The position numbers and the translations under genes were made by a program. From the NCBI GenBank assembly GCA_050309705.1, contig JBNRMR010000022.1, forward strand, positions 1 to 53,712: a DNA stretch of 53,712 nucleotides. The letters run 5' to 3'. The notes below the pieces were generated by a model. That model was not told the origin of the DNA. It ran no database searches and saw nothing but the letters and a program-made list of their open reading frames with translations. The DNA is from Christensenellales bacterium. GTDB taxonomy: Bacteria; Bacillota; Clostridia; Christensenellales; UBA1750. Below, piece after piece: positions 19,285 through 29,611 of this stretch (positions are counted from its first letter, which is position 1; each line of letters starts with the position of its first letter).

Positions 19285-21321
19285 ATGTCAAAATTTATCC
19301 TCAAATCCGATTACAAGCCCTGCGGGGATCAGCCCTTGGCCATAGATGCTTTGACGGAAGGAGTGCTTAATGGCGAGGCCGCACAGATACTCCTGGGCGT
19401 CACCGGCTCCGGCAAGACCTTCACAATGGCGAATATAATTGAAAGGGTGCAGCGCCCCACTCTGGTGCTGGCCCACAACAAAACCTTGGCTGCCCAGCTT
19501 TGCGGCGAGTTCCGGGAATTCTTTCCGGACAGCATGGTGGGCTATTTTGTCAGCTATTACGATTATTACCAGCCGGAGGCATATATTTCCTCAACGGACA
19601 CATACATCGAAAAGGATGCCGCCATCAACGACGAGATAGACCGCCTGCGCCACAGCGCCACTGCCGCCTTGACAGAGCGCAGAGACGTCATCATCGTGGC
19701 TTCCGTCTCCTGCATATATTCAATGGGCGACCCTGCAGAATACACCAGGAGCGCCATCTCCATCCGCGAGGGCATGCGCCTTGACAGAGAGGATTTCCTT
19801 ATCCGCCTGGTGGAGCAGCAGTACGAGCGCAACGATTTCGACCTTAAGCGCGGCACATTCCGCGTGCGGGGCGACGCCGTGGACGTCTTCCCCTCCTCAA
19901 GCGAAAAGACCATCTTCCGGGTGGAATTCTTCGGCGATGAGATAGAGCGCATTGCCCATGTGGACGCCCTCACCGGCAATGTGAAGCAATATCTCGCCCA
20001 CGAGATAATCTTCCCCGCCACTCACTACGCCACCAACAGGGATATGCTGGAGAACGCCATCGCCCAGATACAGCGGGATCTGGACATTCGCGTCAAAGAG
20101 CTGGAAGAGGATGGCAGAGCCCTTGAGGCCTACCGCCTTAAGCAGCGCACCAATTACGACATCGAAATGCTGATGGAACTGGGCATGTGCCCCGGAATTG
20201 AAAACTATTCCCGCTATTTTGACGGCCGAAAGCCCGGCGAGGCCCCCTACACCCTGCTGGACTATTTCCCCGACGATTTTCTGATGTTCATTGACGAATC
20301 CCACCAGACCATCCCGCAGGTTCGGGCCATGTTCAACGGCGACTATGCCCGAAAGAAGAACCTGATCGACTACGGCTTCCGTCTCCCCTCCGCCTTCGAC
20401 AACAGGCCTCTTCGTTTCGACGAATTTTGCTCCAAGCTGGGCCAGACGGTGTATGTCAGCGCAACGCCGGCCAAGTACGAGCGGGAGCTGGCAGGAGACA
20501 ATGTGGTGGAGCAGATAATCCGCCCCACGGGCCTTCTTGATCCGGAGATCATCGTGAAACCGGCCACCGGTCAGGTTGACGATCTTCTGGGCGAGATAAA
20601 CGACGTGGTGGCAAAAGGCCACAAGGTGCTGGTCACCACTTTAACTAAGCGGATGGCCGAAAACTTAAGCGAATATTTCGAGGAGATTGGAATAAGGGTT
20701 CGCTATCTTCACAGCGATGTGGATACCCTTGAGCGTATGGAGATTATCCGCGATTTGCGCTTAGGCGAGTTTGACGTGCTTGTGGGCATAAATCTCCTGC
20801 GTGAGGGGCTTGACATCCCCGAAGTGGCCCTCGTGGCCATTTTGGACGCGGATAAGGAGGGCTTTTTGCGCTCGGAGACATCGCTTATACAGACCGTCGG
20901 TCGTGCGGCCAGAAATGTGGAGGGTCGAGTCGTCATGTACGCAGACAATTTAACCGACTCCATGCGCAGAGCCATAGACGAAACAAACCGCAGGCGCGCC
21001 GTTCAGATGGAGTATAACCATGTGCATGGCATCACCCCTGAGTCCATACGCAAGGCTGTGCGTGACCTCCTGGAGATCACCCGCAAAGCCGACGATGAGT
21101 CTGTTTCTGGCATGAGCCCGGAAGAACTGCAAATGGCACTCATGCATCTGGAGGATGAGATGCTGAGCGCCGCCGCCAATCTGGACTTTGAAAAGGCGGC
21201 GAAGCTTCGCGATAAGATGCTTGCCCTCAAGGAAGGCAGGGACCCGGACGGAGAAAAGGGAACGAAATCCCGCATGGGGCGAAAACAGCAAAGGGGCAAG
21301 CGCCGAAGCGCTAGAAAATAG
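19285..21321 (+). CDS. uvrB: Excinuclease ABC subunit B
   Basis: [29 protein letters not shown] and a C-terminal UVR domain. GGAGGTG RBS before the ATG at 19285. Confidence 0.95.
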   Translation: MSKFILKSDYKPCGDQPLAIDALTEGVLNGEAAQILLGVTGSGKTFTMANIIERVQRPTLVLAHNKTLAAQLCGEFREFFPDSMVGYFVSYYDYYQPEAYISSTDTYIEKDAAINDEIDRLRHSATAALTERRDVIIVASVSCIYSMGDPAEYTRSAISIREGMRLDREDFLIRLVEQQYERNDFDLKRGTFRVRGDAVDVFPSSSEKTIFRVEFFGDEIERIAHVDALTGNVKQYLAHEIIFPATHYATNRDMLENAIAQIQRDLDIRVKELEEDGRALEAYRLKQRTNYDIEMLMELGMCPGIENYSRYFDGRKPGEAPYTLLDYFPDDFLMFIDESHQTIPQVRAMFNGDYARKKNLIDYGFRLPSAFDNRPLRFDEFCSKLGQTVYVSATPAKYERELAGDNVVEQIIRPTGLLDPEIIVKPATGQVDDLLGEINDVVAKGHKVLVTTLTKRMAENLSEYFEEIGIRVRYLHSDVDTLERMEIIRDLRLGEFDVLVGINLLREGLDIPEVALVAILDADKEGFLRSETSLIQTVGRAARNVEGRVVMYADNLTDSMRRAIDETNRRRAVQMEYNHVHGITPESIRKAVRDLLEITRKADDESVSGMSPEELQMALMHLEDEMLSAAANLDFEKAAKLRDKMLALKEGRDPDGEKGTKSRMGRKQQRGKRRSARK

Positions 21322-21526
21322 CTTTCATTTTCGCCTGAAGGGTTTTGTTTTTCCGCGGCCATAGTCGCCGTGGATGGAATAGCTATCGCGCTAACTTAAC
21401 TCTAAGCGGAAAATGAAACTATATCAACAGCCGTCTGGCAAAACCGCAGCCTTCGCCATCAGCTATGGATAATCATCAAACTTGGCGAGCCGTCTTTTTC
21501 AATATTTACCCAAAAACAAAGAAAAC

Positions 21527-21556
21527 TTGAAAGTTTCTGTGGTTTAGTAGTATAAT
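21527..21556 (+). promoter_or_regulatory. murC promoter
   Basis: TTGAAA (21527-21532), 18-nt spacer, TATAAT (21551-21556). Confidence 0.45.
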
Positions 21557-21583
21557 TTATTGATATTACTTTGAAAGCAGGTC

Positions 21584-22969
21584 TTGCATTTGGTGGATAT
21601 AAACAGTTTTAAAGGGAAAGTGCTGCACTTTATCGGCATTGGCGGCTCCAGCATGAGCGGCCTTGCCAGGCTAATGATAAGCAGGGGCTATCTGGTTCGC
21701 GGCTCAGACCAATCAGATTCCTATTCAACCCGCGCCCTTCAAAACGAGGGCGTGACGGTCAGAATAGGCCATGATGCCCAGAATGTGCACGGCGCGGATC
21801 TGATCATATACACCGCCGCCGCCGCACCAGACAATGTGGAGAGGCTTGAGGCGGCAAGGCTTCAGATACCCAGTCTTGAGCGCAAGGAGCTATTGGGGCA
21901 GATCAGCAATGCCTACTCCCGGTCGGTTGCCATCAGCGGCACCCACGGCAAGACAACCACCACCTCCATGCTGGCCCAGGTGCTGGTGGAGGTGGGCATG
22001 GACCCAAACATCCACATCGGCGGCGTGCTGGACGCAATCGGCGGCAGCGTACGCACCGGCAATGGCGATATATTCGTGACGGAAGCGGACGAGTTTGCTC
22101 GCAGCTTTCTGGAGCTAAATCCCACCATTTCAATCATTTTGAACATAGACGCAGATCATCTTGACTGCTACAAGGACATAGACGACATCCAGCGGACCTT
22201 CCTTCAGTTCGCCAAAAGGCTGCCGAAAGACGGGGTTTTGATCATCTGCGGAGATGACGCCCGCTGCGTTCAGGTTGCTAAGGATTCGGGAAGAAATTAC
22301 CTGACCTTTGGCAAAGACCCCTCCTTTGACTACTCATTCGCCAACGAAGTGATCGACGAAAACGCTTGCTATAGCTTCGACCTTATGCGCTCCGGCGAAA
22401 AGATAAGCCGGGTGAACCTTGCCGTGCCGGGGATGCACAGCGTCATCGATGCCCTGGCAGTCTTTGCCTGCGCCGACAGATTGGGCGTCCATCTCGCCGA
22501 AGCTGTGAGGATAATGTCCGCCTTTAAGGGAGCCCATAGGCGTTTTGAGCTGACCGGCATTGTAAACGGCGTTCGTCTTTACCATGACTACAGCCACAAC
22601 CCCAGCGAATATAAGACTGTGGTGCCAATCGCCGCGCATCTGCCCCACAATAGGCTGTATATCGTTTTCCAGCCCCACACCTATTCCCGCTCAAAGGCTC
22701 TCATCGACGACTTTGGCCCCTCATTTGTCGGTGCTGACGAGGTGCTTATCACCGATATATATGCCGCAAGAGAGAAGGATCCCGGCGATATCCACTCCCG
22801 GATGCTGATAGAAAAGATGCAGGGAAACGGCTACAAAATTGTCTACTGCCCGGGCTTTAAGGAGTGCGATGAGTATCTTCGCGCCAACTGGCAGGAGGGC
22901 GATATCGTTTTGACTGTGGGCTGCGGCAATGTGAACGTTTTGAACGACATTTTGGCCGAAGAAAGATAA
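21584..22969 (+). CDS. murC: UDP-N-acetylmuramate--L-alanine ligase
   Basis: HFIGIGGSSMSGLA and ISGTHGKTTTTSM Mur-ligase motifs. Non-ATG start, exact codon uncertain. Confidence 0.9.
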   Translation: MHLVDINSFKGKVLHFIGIGGSSMSGLARLMISRGYLVRGSDQSDSYSTRALQNEGVTVRIGHDAQNVHGADLIIYTAAAAPDNVERLEAARLQIPSLERKELLGQISNAYSRSVAISGTHGKTTTTSMLAQVLVEVGMDPNIHIGGVLDAIGGSVRTGNGDIFVTEADEFARSFLELNPTISIILNIDADHLDCYKDIDDIQRTFLQFAKRLPKDGVLIICGDDARCVQVAKDSGRNYLTFGKDPSFDYSFANEVIDENACYSFDLMRSGEKISRVNLAVPGMHSVIDALAVFACADRLGVHLAEAVRIMSAFKGAHRRFELTGIVNGVRLYHDYSHNPSEYKTVVPIAAHLPHNRLYIVFQPHTYSRSKALIDDFGPSFVGADEVLITDIYAAREKDPGDIHSRMLIEKMQGNGYKIVYCPGFKECDEYLRANWQEGDIVLTVGCGNVNVLNDILAEER

Positions 22970-22991
22970 AGGATAGCAAAGGAAACAAAAG

Positions 22992-23588
22992 ATGCATATC
23001 GTTTTAGGTCTTGGAAACTATGGTGCAAAATATGAGCATACATGGCATAACGCCGGCTGTGACAGCCTGAATATATTGGCCCAGCGAAACGGCATCAAGC
23101 TAATTAAACGCCGTTTCAAGGCTCTTTACGGCGAGGGCAGGATCGGCGGGCAGAGGGTGCTTTTGGCGTTCCCGCAGACATATATGAACCTTTCCGGCGA
23201 CTGTGCAGTTGAGCTTGCCGGATATTTCGGCGTTCCTTCACAGAAAATAATCGTGATATATGACGACGTTGACCTGCCCAAGGGCGTGCTTCGCATACGT
23301 CCCCATGGCAGCGCCGGCAGCCACAACGGAATGCGCTCACTTGTGGAAAGGCTGGAAACACAGGATTTTCCCAGGGTTCGAGTGGGCATTGGCGGCCCTC
23401 CTGAGCGCATGGACATCAGCGATTTCGTAACCTCCAAAGTACCCAAAGAAGATTGGGAGCTTATGTTTAAGGCCTATACGGCAGCGGCAATGGCGGCTGA
23501 GGAGGTAATCACAAACGGCATCGAAAAAGCGATGTCCCTTTACAACGGCTTTGGAAAGACAGAAAAAGCGGAAAAGGAGCCTGTTTAA
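22992..23588 (+). CDS. pth: Peptidyl-tRNA hydrolase
   Basis: IVLGLGNYGAKYEHTWHNAG and GSAGSHNGMRS motifs. Confidence 0.95.
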   Translation: MHIVLGLGNYGAKYEHTWHNAGCDSLNILAQRNGIKLIKRRFKALYGEGRIGGQRVLLAFPQTYMNLSGDCAVELAGYFGVPSQKIIVIYDDVDLPKGVLRIRPHGSAGSHNGMRSLVERLETQDFPRVRVGIGGPPERMDISDFVTSKVPKEDWELMFKAYTAAAMAAEEVITNGIEKAMSLYNGFGKTEKAEKEPV

Positions 23589-23608
23589 TAAATATTTGAG
23601 GTAACAGC

Positions 23609-26600
23609 ATGCAATTTGAACTGAAACCGCAGCAGATAATTCTGGATGCGGTGAAAAACGCCGATTCCTTCCGGGAACTGGCAAAAAAAGCAGAGCGCGG
23701 CATATGGCCGATCGCTCTTTTTGGGCTTCCCCCAGGCGCGCGCGCGGCAATTATCGCCGCTTTGCAGAGCGAGCTGTCTTTCCCTTCGGGCGGGGTGAAG
23801 ATCGTCTTCGCCGCCCAGGACAACGCCGGCGCTCTGGAGGTCTATGACGACGTTTCAAAGCTATGCGAAAGGTCTGTGCTGCTTCCCGCCAAGGAGAAGA
23901 TCGTATTCGGCGCCAAGGCCCAGAGCAAGGATGTTATGTTTTCCCGCTTGAGTGCACTGCACAAAATTGCCTGCGGCAAGGCGGACGTAGTCATCTGTTC
24001 GGCCCAGGCTCTTTTGACCCCCATGATTCCCCCGGAAGTATTGCTTGCCCATTCAAGAAATCTAAATGTCGGCGATATCGTGGACATCGACGGCCTTTGC
24101 GACCATCTGGCAAAATCCGGCTATGAGCCCTGCGACATAGTGGAAAGCCGGGGGCAGTTCGCCAGGCGCGGCGGCATCGTGGACATATACCCCGTTGGGC
24201 AGATAGATGCGGTTCGCATAGAGTTCTTTGATGATGAGATCGACACCATCAGGAGGCTTGACGCCGCCTCCCAGAGATCCAGCGGCAATGTGGATGAAGT
24301 GACGGTCATCCCCGCCACAGAGACGATAATTGAAGGCGTCCATTCCTCCGGCGCTCTTTTTGCCATCAGAAACGAAATTGACAAAGCTTCCCGGCAGTTT
24401 CCCAAGGAACCGTCGCCCCTTCCGCCCTCCCTTGACCTGGATGGCCTTGACGAAGACATGGACGATCTCGGTGAAGAGCTTCCCTCTCTTTGGGAGATGA
24501 AGCCCCTGGCAGAGCCAAAGAAGCGTCTTCACACTTTGGAGCGCCACTATGAGAGCCTTGAAAGCGGCCAGCGCTTCAGTGAAATAGAGCTTTATCTGCC
24601 CTTTGTATATGGAAAAGCCGCCACTTTGTTTGAATATATGGACGCCGTTTACATGCTGGATGAGCCCGCCCGGGCAAAGGAGCGCTGCGAAAAGGCCTAT
24701 GATGAGTTTGCGGCTGAACACGAAGCCGCCCAAAAGTCCGGCGAGGCGCTGCCTTCTTTTGGCGCGCTGATGCGAAGCTGGCAGTTCATTGCCGGGCAAA
24801 GCGAAACAAGGCAGGTTATCACATTGAACGAGCTTATGGTGCAAAGCCCCGGCATCAGCCCCAGGGCGGTAATCAAGCTGGACGGCGCATCCCCTCCGGT
24901 CTATCACGGCCGGTTTGATCTGCTGGGCGAGGATCTTTTGCATTATAAAAAGAGCGGCTATAAAATTGCTCTGCTGACGGGCGGCTCCACCCGCTCGCAA
25001 AGGCTTTTGGATAGTCTGGAGAAAAGCGGCGTGGAAGCCTTCCCCCTTCAGACCCAGACTGAGCTTTCCCCCGGCCAGGTGGCGCTTTTGCCCCTGAACC
25101 TATCCGCTGGTTTTTCCCTTTCCGGTCCAAAGCTGCTGGCTCTGAGCGAAAACGACATCTTTGGAAGTTCCAAAAGACGCTCATCCACTGGGAAGAGCCA
25201 CCCAGGCCAGAGGATTAAGGCCTTCACAGACCTGCATGTGGGCGACTTCGTTGTCCACGATTCCCATGGTGTGGGCGTATACGAGGGCATGGCCAAGCTG
25301 GAGGTGGAAGGAAAGCTGCGGGATTATCTGCACATCAGATACAACGGCACCGACATGCTCTACATACCCACCGACCAAATGGACAGGGTGCAAAAGTACA
25401 TTGGCAGCCAGGAAAAAGCGCCAGCCTTAAGCAAGCTGGGCAGCGGCGACTGGGAGCGGCAGAAGAACAGGGTGCGCAAGAGCGTGCGCCAGATGGCCTT
25501 CGACCTTGTGGCCCTTTACGCCCAACGCCAGCAAAACCCCGGCTTCGCCTTTTCGAAGGACACGCCTTGGCAAAGGGAGTTTGAGGACAGCTTCCCTTAT
25601 GAGGAAACGCCTGACCAGCTTCGAAGCATCGCGGAGATAAAAGCCGACATGGAAAGCCCTATTTGTATGGACCGCCTTCTCTGCGGTGATGTGGGCTACG
25701 GCAAGACGGAGGTGGCTCTTCGCGCCGCCTTCAAAGCGGTGATGGACGGCAAGCAAGTGGCGTTTTTGGCCCCCACCACATTATTGGCCCACCAGCATCA
25801 CCAGACGATATTGGAAAGGTTCAAGGGCTTCCCCGTCACAGCCAAAGTGCTCTCCCGCTTCAGGACACCGGCGGAGCAAAGGGCAATCGTGAAGGAAGTG
25901 AACGAGGGCGGCGTGGATATAATCGTGGGCACCCACAGGCTTTTAAACAAGGACCTTGAGTATAAAGACCTTGGGCTGCTGATAGTCGATGAGGAGCAAC
26001 GTTTTGGCGTTGCACACAAAGAGCAGATTAAAAACTTCAAAAAAAGCGTGGACGTTCTGACCCTCTCCGCAACGCCCATACCGAGGACATTGCACATGTC
26101 CATGGTGGGCATAAGGGATATGTCCACAATCGAAACCCCGCCGGAGGAGCGGCTGCCAGTGATGACATATGTGAGCGAATACAATCCCATGACGGTTTCC
26201 GACGCCATAATGCGGGAAATCGGACGGGGCGGGCAGGTGTATTTCGTCTATAACAGGGTCGCATCAATAGACCGCTTCGCCCAGCATCTGCGCCAGATTG
26301 TCCCCGAGGCGCGGATCGCCATCGCCCACGGGCAGATGAACGAACGGCTTTTGGAGGATGTGATGGCGGACTTCATGGAAAAAAAGTTTGACGTGCTGCT
26401 CTGTTCGGCGATAATCGAGTCCGGCCTGGACATTCCCTCCGTCAACACAATGATAATCTTCGACTCCGACCGCTTCGGCCTTTCACAGCTTTACCAGCTT
26501 CGAGGAAGGGTGGGCCGCTCCAGCAGGCTGGCCTATTGCCATCTGACTGTGCGGGAAAATAAGATAATCACCGAAACGGCACAGAAAAGGCTGGCAGCCA

Positions 26601-27244
26601 TAAAGGAGTTCACCCAGTTCGGCGCAGGCTTCAAGGTCGCCATGAGAGATCTTGAGATCCGCGGCGCAGGTGACATTATGGGCGCAAGGCAGTCCGGTCA
26701 CATGGCGGCGGTGGGCTATGATATGTATGTGAAGCTGATCGGCGAAGCTGTTTCCAGCATAAAGGGCGAGGATATTGCCCCCAAGATCGAGACCTCAGTC
26801 AATCTGCCGGTGGATGCCTACCTGCCCGACGATTATGTCCACGGCCACACGGTGCGAATGGACATATACAAGCAGATTGCTCAGGTATCATCAAGCGCGG
26901 AACGCCTGGAGGTCATGGACGAGTTGATCGACCGCTTCGGCGATGTCCCCCGGCCCTGCGAGAACCTGATATATGTGGCGCTCGCGAAAAACCTTTGTGA
27001 GAAAATGGGCCTGGAGCAGGTTTTCAGGCGCAGGGAACATATCGTCATGCGCTATGGGAAAGCCGCAAATGTGAACCCGGCGCAGTTGGTCTCGGCCCTG
27101 AGCGCTGCCAAAAAGCCGCTTAATCTGGCCAACACAAAGCCCCCCAGCCTTCTTTTCAGATGCAGCCAGGACAGCGAAGCTGCCATAAGGGAGCTGGCTG
27201 TGGTGCTGGAGGGGCTGGCGGAAAAGCTATACCCTTCCGCCTGA
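23609..27244 (+). CDS. mfd: Transcription-repair coupling factor
   Basis: 1211 aa with a CarD-like domain (GDFVVHDSHGVGVY), a superfamily 2 (SF2) helicase (GDVGYGKTEVA, DEEQRFG) and a TRG motif. Confidence 0.95.
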   Translation: MQFELKPQQIILDAVKNADSFRELAKKAERGIWPIALFGLPPGARAAIIAALQSELSFPSGGVKIVFAAQDNAGALEVYDDVSKLCERSVLLPAKEKIVFGAKAQSKDVMFSRLSALHKIACGKADVVICSAQALLTPMIPPEVLLAHSRNLNVGDIVDIDGLCDHLAKSGYEPCDIVESRGQFARRGGIVDIYPVGQIDAVRIEFFDDEIDTIRRLDAASQRSSGNVDEVTVIPATETIIEGVHSSGALFAIRNEIDKASRQFPKEPSPLPPSLDLDGLDEDMDDLGEELPSLWEMKPLAEPKKRLHTLERHYESLESGQRFSEIELYLPFVYGKAATLFEYMDAVYMLDEPARAKERCEKAYDEFAAEHEAAQKSGEALPSFGALMRSWQFIAGQSETRQVITLNELMVQSPGISPRAVIKLDGASPPVYHGRFDLLGEDLLHYKKSGYKIALLTGGSTRSQRLLDSLEKSGVEAFPLQTQTELSPGQVALLPLNLSAGFSLSGPKLLALSENDIFGSSKRRSSTGKSHPGQRIKAFTDLHVGDFVVHDSHGVGVYEGMAKLEVEGKLRDYLHIRYNGTDMLYIPTDQMDRVQKYIGSQEKAPALSKLGSGDWERQKNRVRKSVRQMAFDLVALYAQRQQNPGFAFSKDTPWQREFEDSFPYEETPDQLRSIAEIKADMESPICMDRLLCGDVGYGKTEVALRAAFKAVMDGKQVAFLAPTTLLAHQHHQTILERFKGFPVTAKVLSRFRTPAEQRAIVKEVNEGGVDIIVGTHRLLNKDLEYKDLGLLIVDEEQRFGVAHKEQIKNFKKSVDVLTLSATPIPRTLHMSMVGIRDMSTIETPPEERLPVMTYVSEYNPMTVSDAIMREIGRGGQVYFVYNRVASIDRFAQHLRQIVPEARIAIAHGQMNERLLEDVMADFMEKKFDVLLCSAIIESGLDIPSVNTMIIFDSDRFGLSQLYQLRGRVGRSSRLAYCHLTVRENKIITETAQKRLAAIKEFTQFGAGFKVAMRDLEIRGAGDIMGARQSGHMAAVGYDMYVKLIGEAVSSIKGEDIAPKIETSVNLPVDAYLPDDYVHGHTVRMDIYKQIAQVSSSAERLEVMDELIDRFGDVPRPCENLIYVALAKNLCEKMGLEQVFRRREHIVMRYGKAANVNPAQLVSALSAAKKPLNLANTKPPSLLFRCSQDSEAAIRELAVVLEGLAEKLYPSA

Positions 27245-27479
27245 GCCGCTTTTCCCATCTGGGCAGGTGACTGAAAAGAGCTAAACCCTAGCCCGCGCAA
27301 AGATTTATAGGTGGCCTTGCCAAGAGCTGGGAGATGGCATTTTTTAAAAAAACACCCGTTTTGTGGGAATATGGCGAAATAACGACAGCGCACGCATTTT
27401 TTACGGCGCTCCAATCATCCCCCGCCTAAATAGCGCCTTTATCCCACTGCAGGCTTTGCCGATAATTTAGCTCCCCCTT

Positions 27480-27509
27480 TTGCTTTAACTATCCTTTTTA
27501 TGCTAAAAT
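27480..27509 (+). promoter_or_regulatory. Candidate promoter in the mfd to DUF1614 spacer
   Basis: TTGCTT (27480-27485), 18-nt spacer, TGcTAAAAT (TAAAAT at 27504-27509). Confidence 0.35.
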
Positions 27510-27544
27510 TTTATCAAAATGAAAACATTAAAAAGCGTTTCCAA

Positions 27545-27600
27545 ATATGCCCTGCTTTATATGGCTCAAAGCAGGGCATATTATTATTGCATTTTAGTTT
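27545..27600 (+). promoter_or_regulatory. 14-bp perfect hairpin plus U-rich tail in the leader of DUF1614-spoIIP (attenuator or stabiliser?)
   Basis: atatgccctgcttt (27545-27558) pairs with aaagcagggcatat (27568-27581), followed by tattattgcattttagttt. It ends just before the RBS AAGGTGGG. Confidence 0.45.
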
Positions 27601-27618
27601 ATAAGGTGGGATTTTTAC

Positions 27619-28242
27619 ATGTCAATAGGCATGATATTGCTGGTAGTCGTCGCGGTGCTGATACTTTTCGGCATTGCACAAAGAGTTCTGGACGGAATGC
27701 GCCTGAACGACAAGGCCGCGCTGGCGGTGGTGGCGGCCATGTTCGTCGGCGGGTTGATTCCCAGCATTCGCTTCAGCGAAAACGTGGCGGTAAACATAGG
27801 CGGGGCCATCATTCCCTTTGCCCTTTGCGTCTATCTGTTCGTGAGGGCGGAAACAGCCTGGGAAAAATGGCGCACAATAATAGGTATGATAGTAACCGGC
27901 GCGGTCATCTATGGCCTGGGGAGAATCCTCCCCGATGAGCCTGAGATGATGGCCTTTGACCCCAACTATGTCTACGGCATTGTCGGCGGTATCGTTGCTT
28001 ACATATTAGGCAGGTCAAGGCGCGGGGCCTTCATCTGCGGTGTGATGGGCGTTTTACTGGCAGACATAACCAACGCCATTGTCCAAGCATCGCTGGGCAC
28101 TTCATTTTCGCTTAATCTGGGCGGCGCCGGTTTCTTCGATGTTATCGTCCTCTCAGGCATACTGGCGGTTTTGTTGGCAGAAATCTTCGGCGAACTGATG
28201 GAAAAGATTGTTCGCTCAAGAAGGGAAAAGGAGGCGGAATGA
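27619..28242 (+). CDS. DUF1614-like polytopic membrane protein
   Basis: Six or so hydrophobic segments and the VAVNIGGAIIPFAL motif. The stop overlaps the spoIIP start (ATGA). Confidence 0.55.
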   Translation: MSIGMILLVVVAVLILFGIAQRVLDGMRLNDKAALAVVAAMFVGGLIPSIRFSENVAVNIGGAIIPFALCVYLFVRAETAWEKWRTIIGMIVTGAVIYGLGRILPDEPEMMAFDPNYVYGIVGGIVAYILGRSRRGAFICGVMGVLLADITNAIVQASLGTSFSLNLGGAGFFDVIVLSGILAVLLAEIFGELMEKIVRSRREKEAE

Positions 28243-29528
28243 TGAGCATCATTAAGAAAAGACTGATCACGGCTCTTTTGGCAGTAGCTTTGCTGATGGC
28301 ATGGCCAACTGCCCACGCAGGGCTGACCGAGAGCCCCGACGATGGCTATTACACCATCTTCACCCGCGAGGGCAATGTGTTGACAATGATCGCCGGCCGG
28401 GTCTATGCGGATGACGAATATATTAGCCATGACAACAGGCATTACCGCATATTCAGCGTGAACCAAGATTCGCTTCAGGCCTGGGCCCAGGAAATAACCC
28501 AGGAGGCTTTCCTCCCCTATGCAAGCGATTATCTGGCCGTCAGCGCAAGCCCCTCGCCTGCTGATGGCGGCGCAAGCCCCTCTCCCTCCGCCGATGACGG
28601 CGGCACTGACGACGCTGCCGGAGGCAACCGCCAAAGCTCCGACAGAAAAGTGGCCATATACTGCACCCATTCCGACGAATCATATGTGCCCTCTGATGGC
28701 AAATCCAGCGATGAAAACTACGGCGGTATATACGACGTGGCGGACGAATTCGCCGCATCCCTCAACGATATCGGCATCGAGGTGATCCAGGACTACACCT
28801 CACACCTGCCCCATGATTCCGGCGCTTACAGGCGTTCCCGCGCCACCGCCGTCGAGCTCCTGAAGACGATGCCCGACGCGCTTATCGACATCCACCGCGA
28901 CGGCGTTCCCGCCCATCAGTATGAGACGGATTTCAGCGATGACGACATCACAATGGTGCGGCTCTTGGTGGGCAAGAGCAACCAGAACTTCAGCGCCAAC
29001 AAGAACTTCGCCAAGGAGCTCAAGGCCAACGGTGACGAGATGCACCCCGGTCTTATAAAGGATATTTATATTGGCAAGGGCAATTATAACCAGGAGCTGG
29101 CGCCCAATTCAATACTCCTTGAGTTCGGCACCCACGAAACCACAAAGGAGCAGGCCCAGGCTTCCACAAAATATATGGCGGAGGTCATCTCCCAGACGCT
29201 TTACGGCTATGTGGAGCAGCCCGGAAGCGGCGGCGACGGCACGGGCACGGGCGCTGGCCAGGGCAATGGCGCCGATGGCTCCGGCGGCGAGGGCGCCAAC
29301 CGTGTGGACGAAACCGGCAGAGAGCCGGTGAAGGGCAGCAGCAGGGGCTGGAGCGGCATCTGGTGGATCTTGGGAATAGTCGTAGGCGGCGGCCTGATAT
29401 TCCTGCTTTACTCCAAGGGCGGCAAGCGGTTTGGCCATAATGTGGGCAGAAGCGCCTCGGAGCTGACCGGCGGCCTGATTGGCAAAAAGCCCGACGACGA
29501 GGACAAGGACGAGTTCGACCGCGAATAA
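28239..29528 (+). CDS. spoIIP: Stage II sporulation protein P (SpoIIP amidase family) with an extra C-terminal Gly-rich linker and TM segment
   Basis: VAIYCTHSDESY ... IDIHRDG ... SILLEFGTHETT core. N-terminal signal/anchor. C-terminal GSGGDGTGTGAGQGNGADGSGGEG followed by WWILGIVVGGGLIFLLY. Confidence 0.85.
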   Translation: MMSIIKKRLITALLAVALLMAWPTAHAGLTESPDDGYYTIFTREGNVLTMIAGRVYADDEYISHDNRHYRIFSVNQDSLQAWAQEITQEAFLPYASDYLAVSASPSPADGGASPSPSADDGGTDDAAGGNRQSSDRKVAIYCTHSDESYVPSDGKSSDENYGGIYDVADEFAASLNDIGIEVIQDYTSHLPHDSGAYRRSRATAVELLKTMPDALIDIHRDGVPAHQYETDFSDDDITMVRLLVGKSNQNFSANKNFAKELKANGDEMHPGLIKDIYIGKGNYNQELAPNSILLEFGTHETTKEQAQASTKYMAEVISQTLYGYVEQPGSGGDGTGTGAGQGNGADGSGGEGANRVDETGREPVKGSSRGWSGIWWILGIVVGGGLIFLLYSKGGKRFGHNVGRSASELTGGLIGKKPDDEDKDEFDRE

Positions 29529-29547
29529 CTATGCAGGGCAAAACAAG

Positions 29548-29580
29548 CTCCCCGAAGATAAATCTCCGGGGAGTTTTTCA
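29548..29580 (+). terminator. Rho-independent terminator after spoIIP
   Basis: ctccccg ... cggggag followed by ttttt. Confidence 0.65.
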
Positions 29581-29611
29581 GCATCTGTGGCCTTTTCGTT
29601 GTACGCTATTG

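Noticed and set aside
27519-27938. A 139-aa ORF that starts in the mfd-DUF1614 spacer.
   Set aside because: It has no RBS, reads through the 14-bp hairpin, and then runs out of frame over the DUF1614 gene. Its Arg/Gly-rich product is typical of an off-frame read of GC-rich coding DNA.
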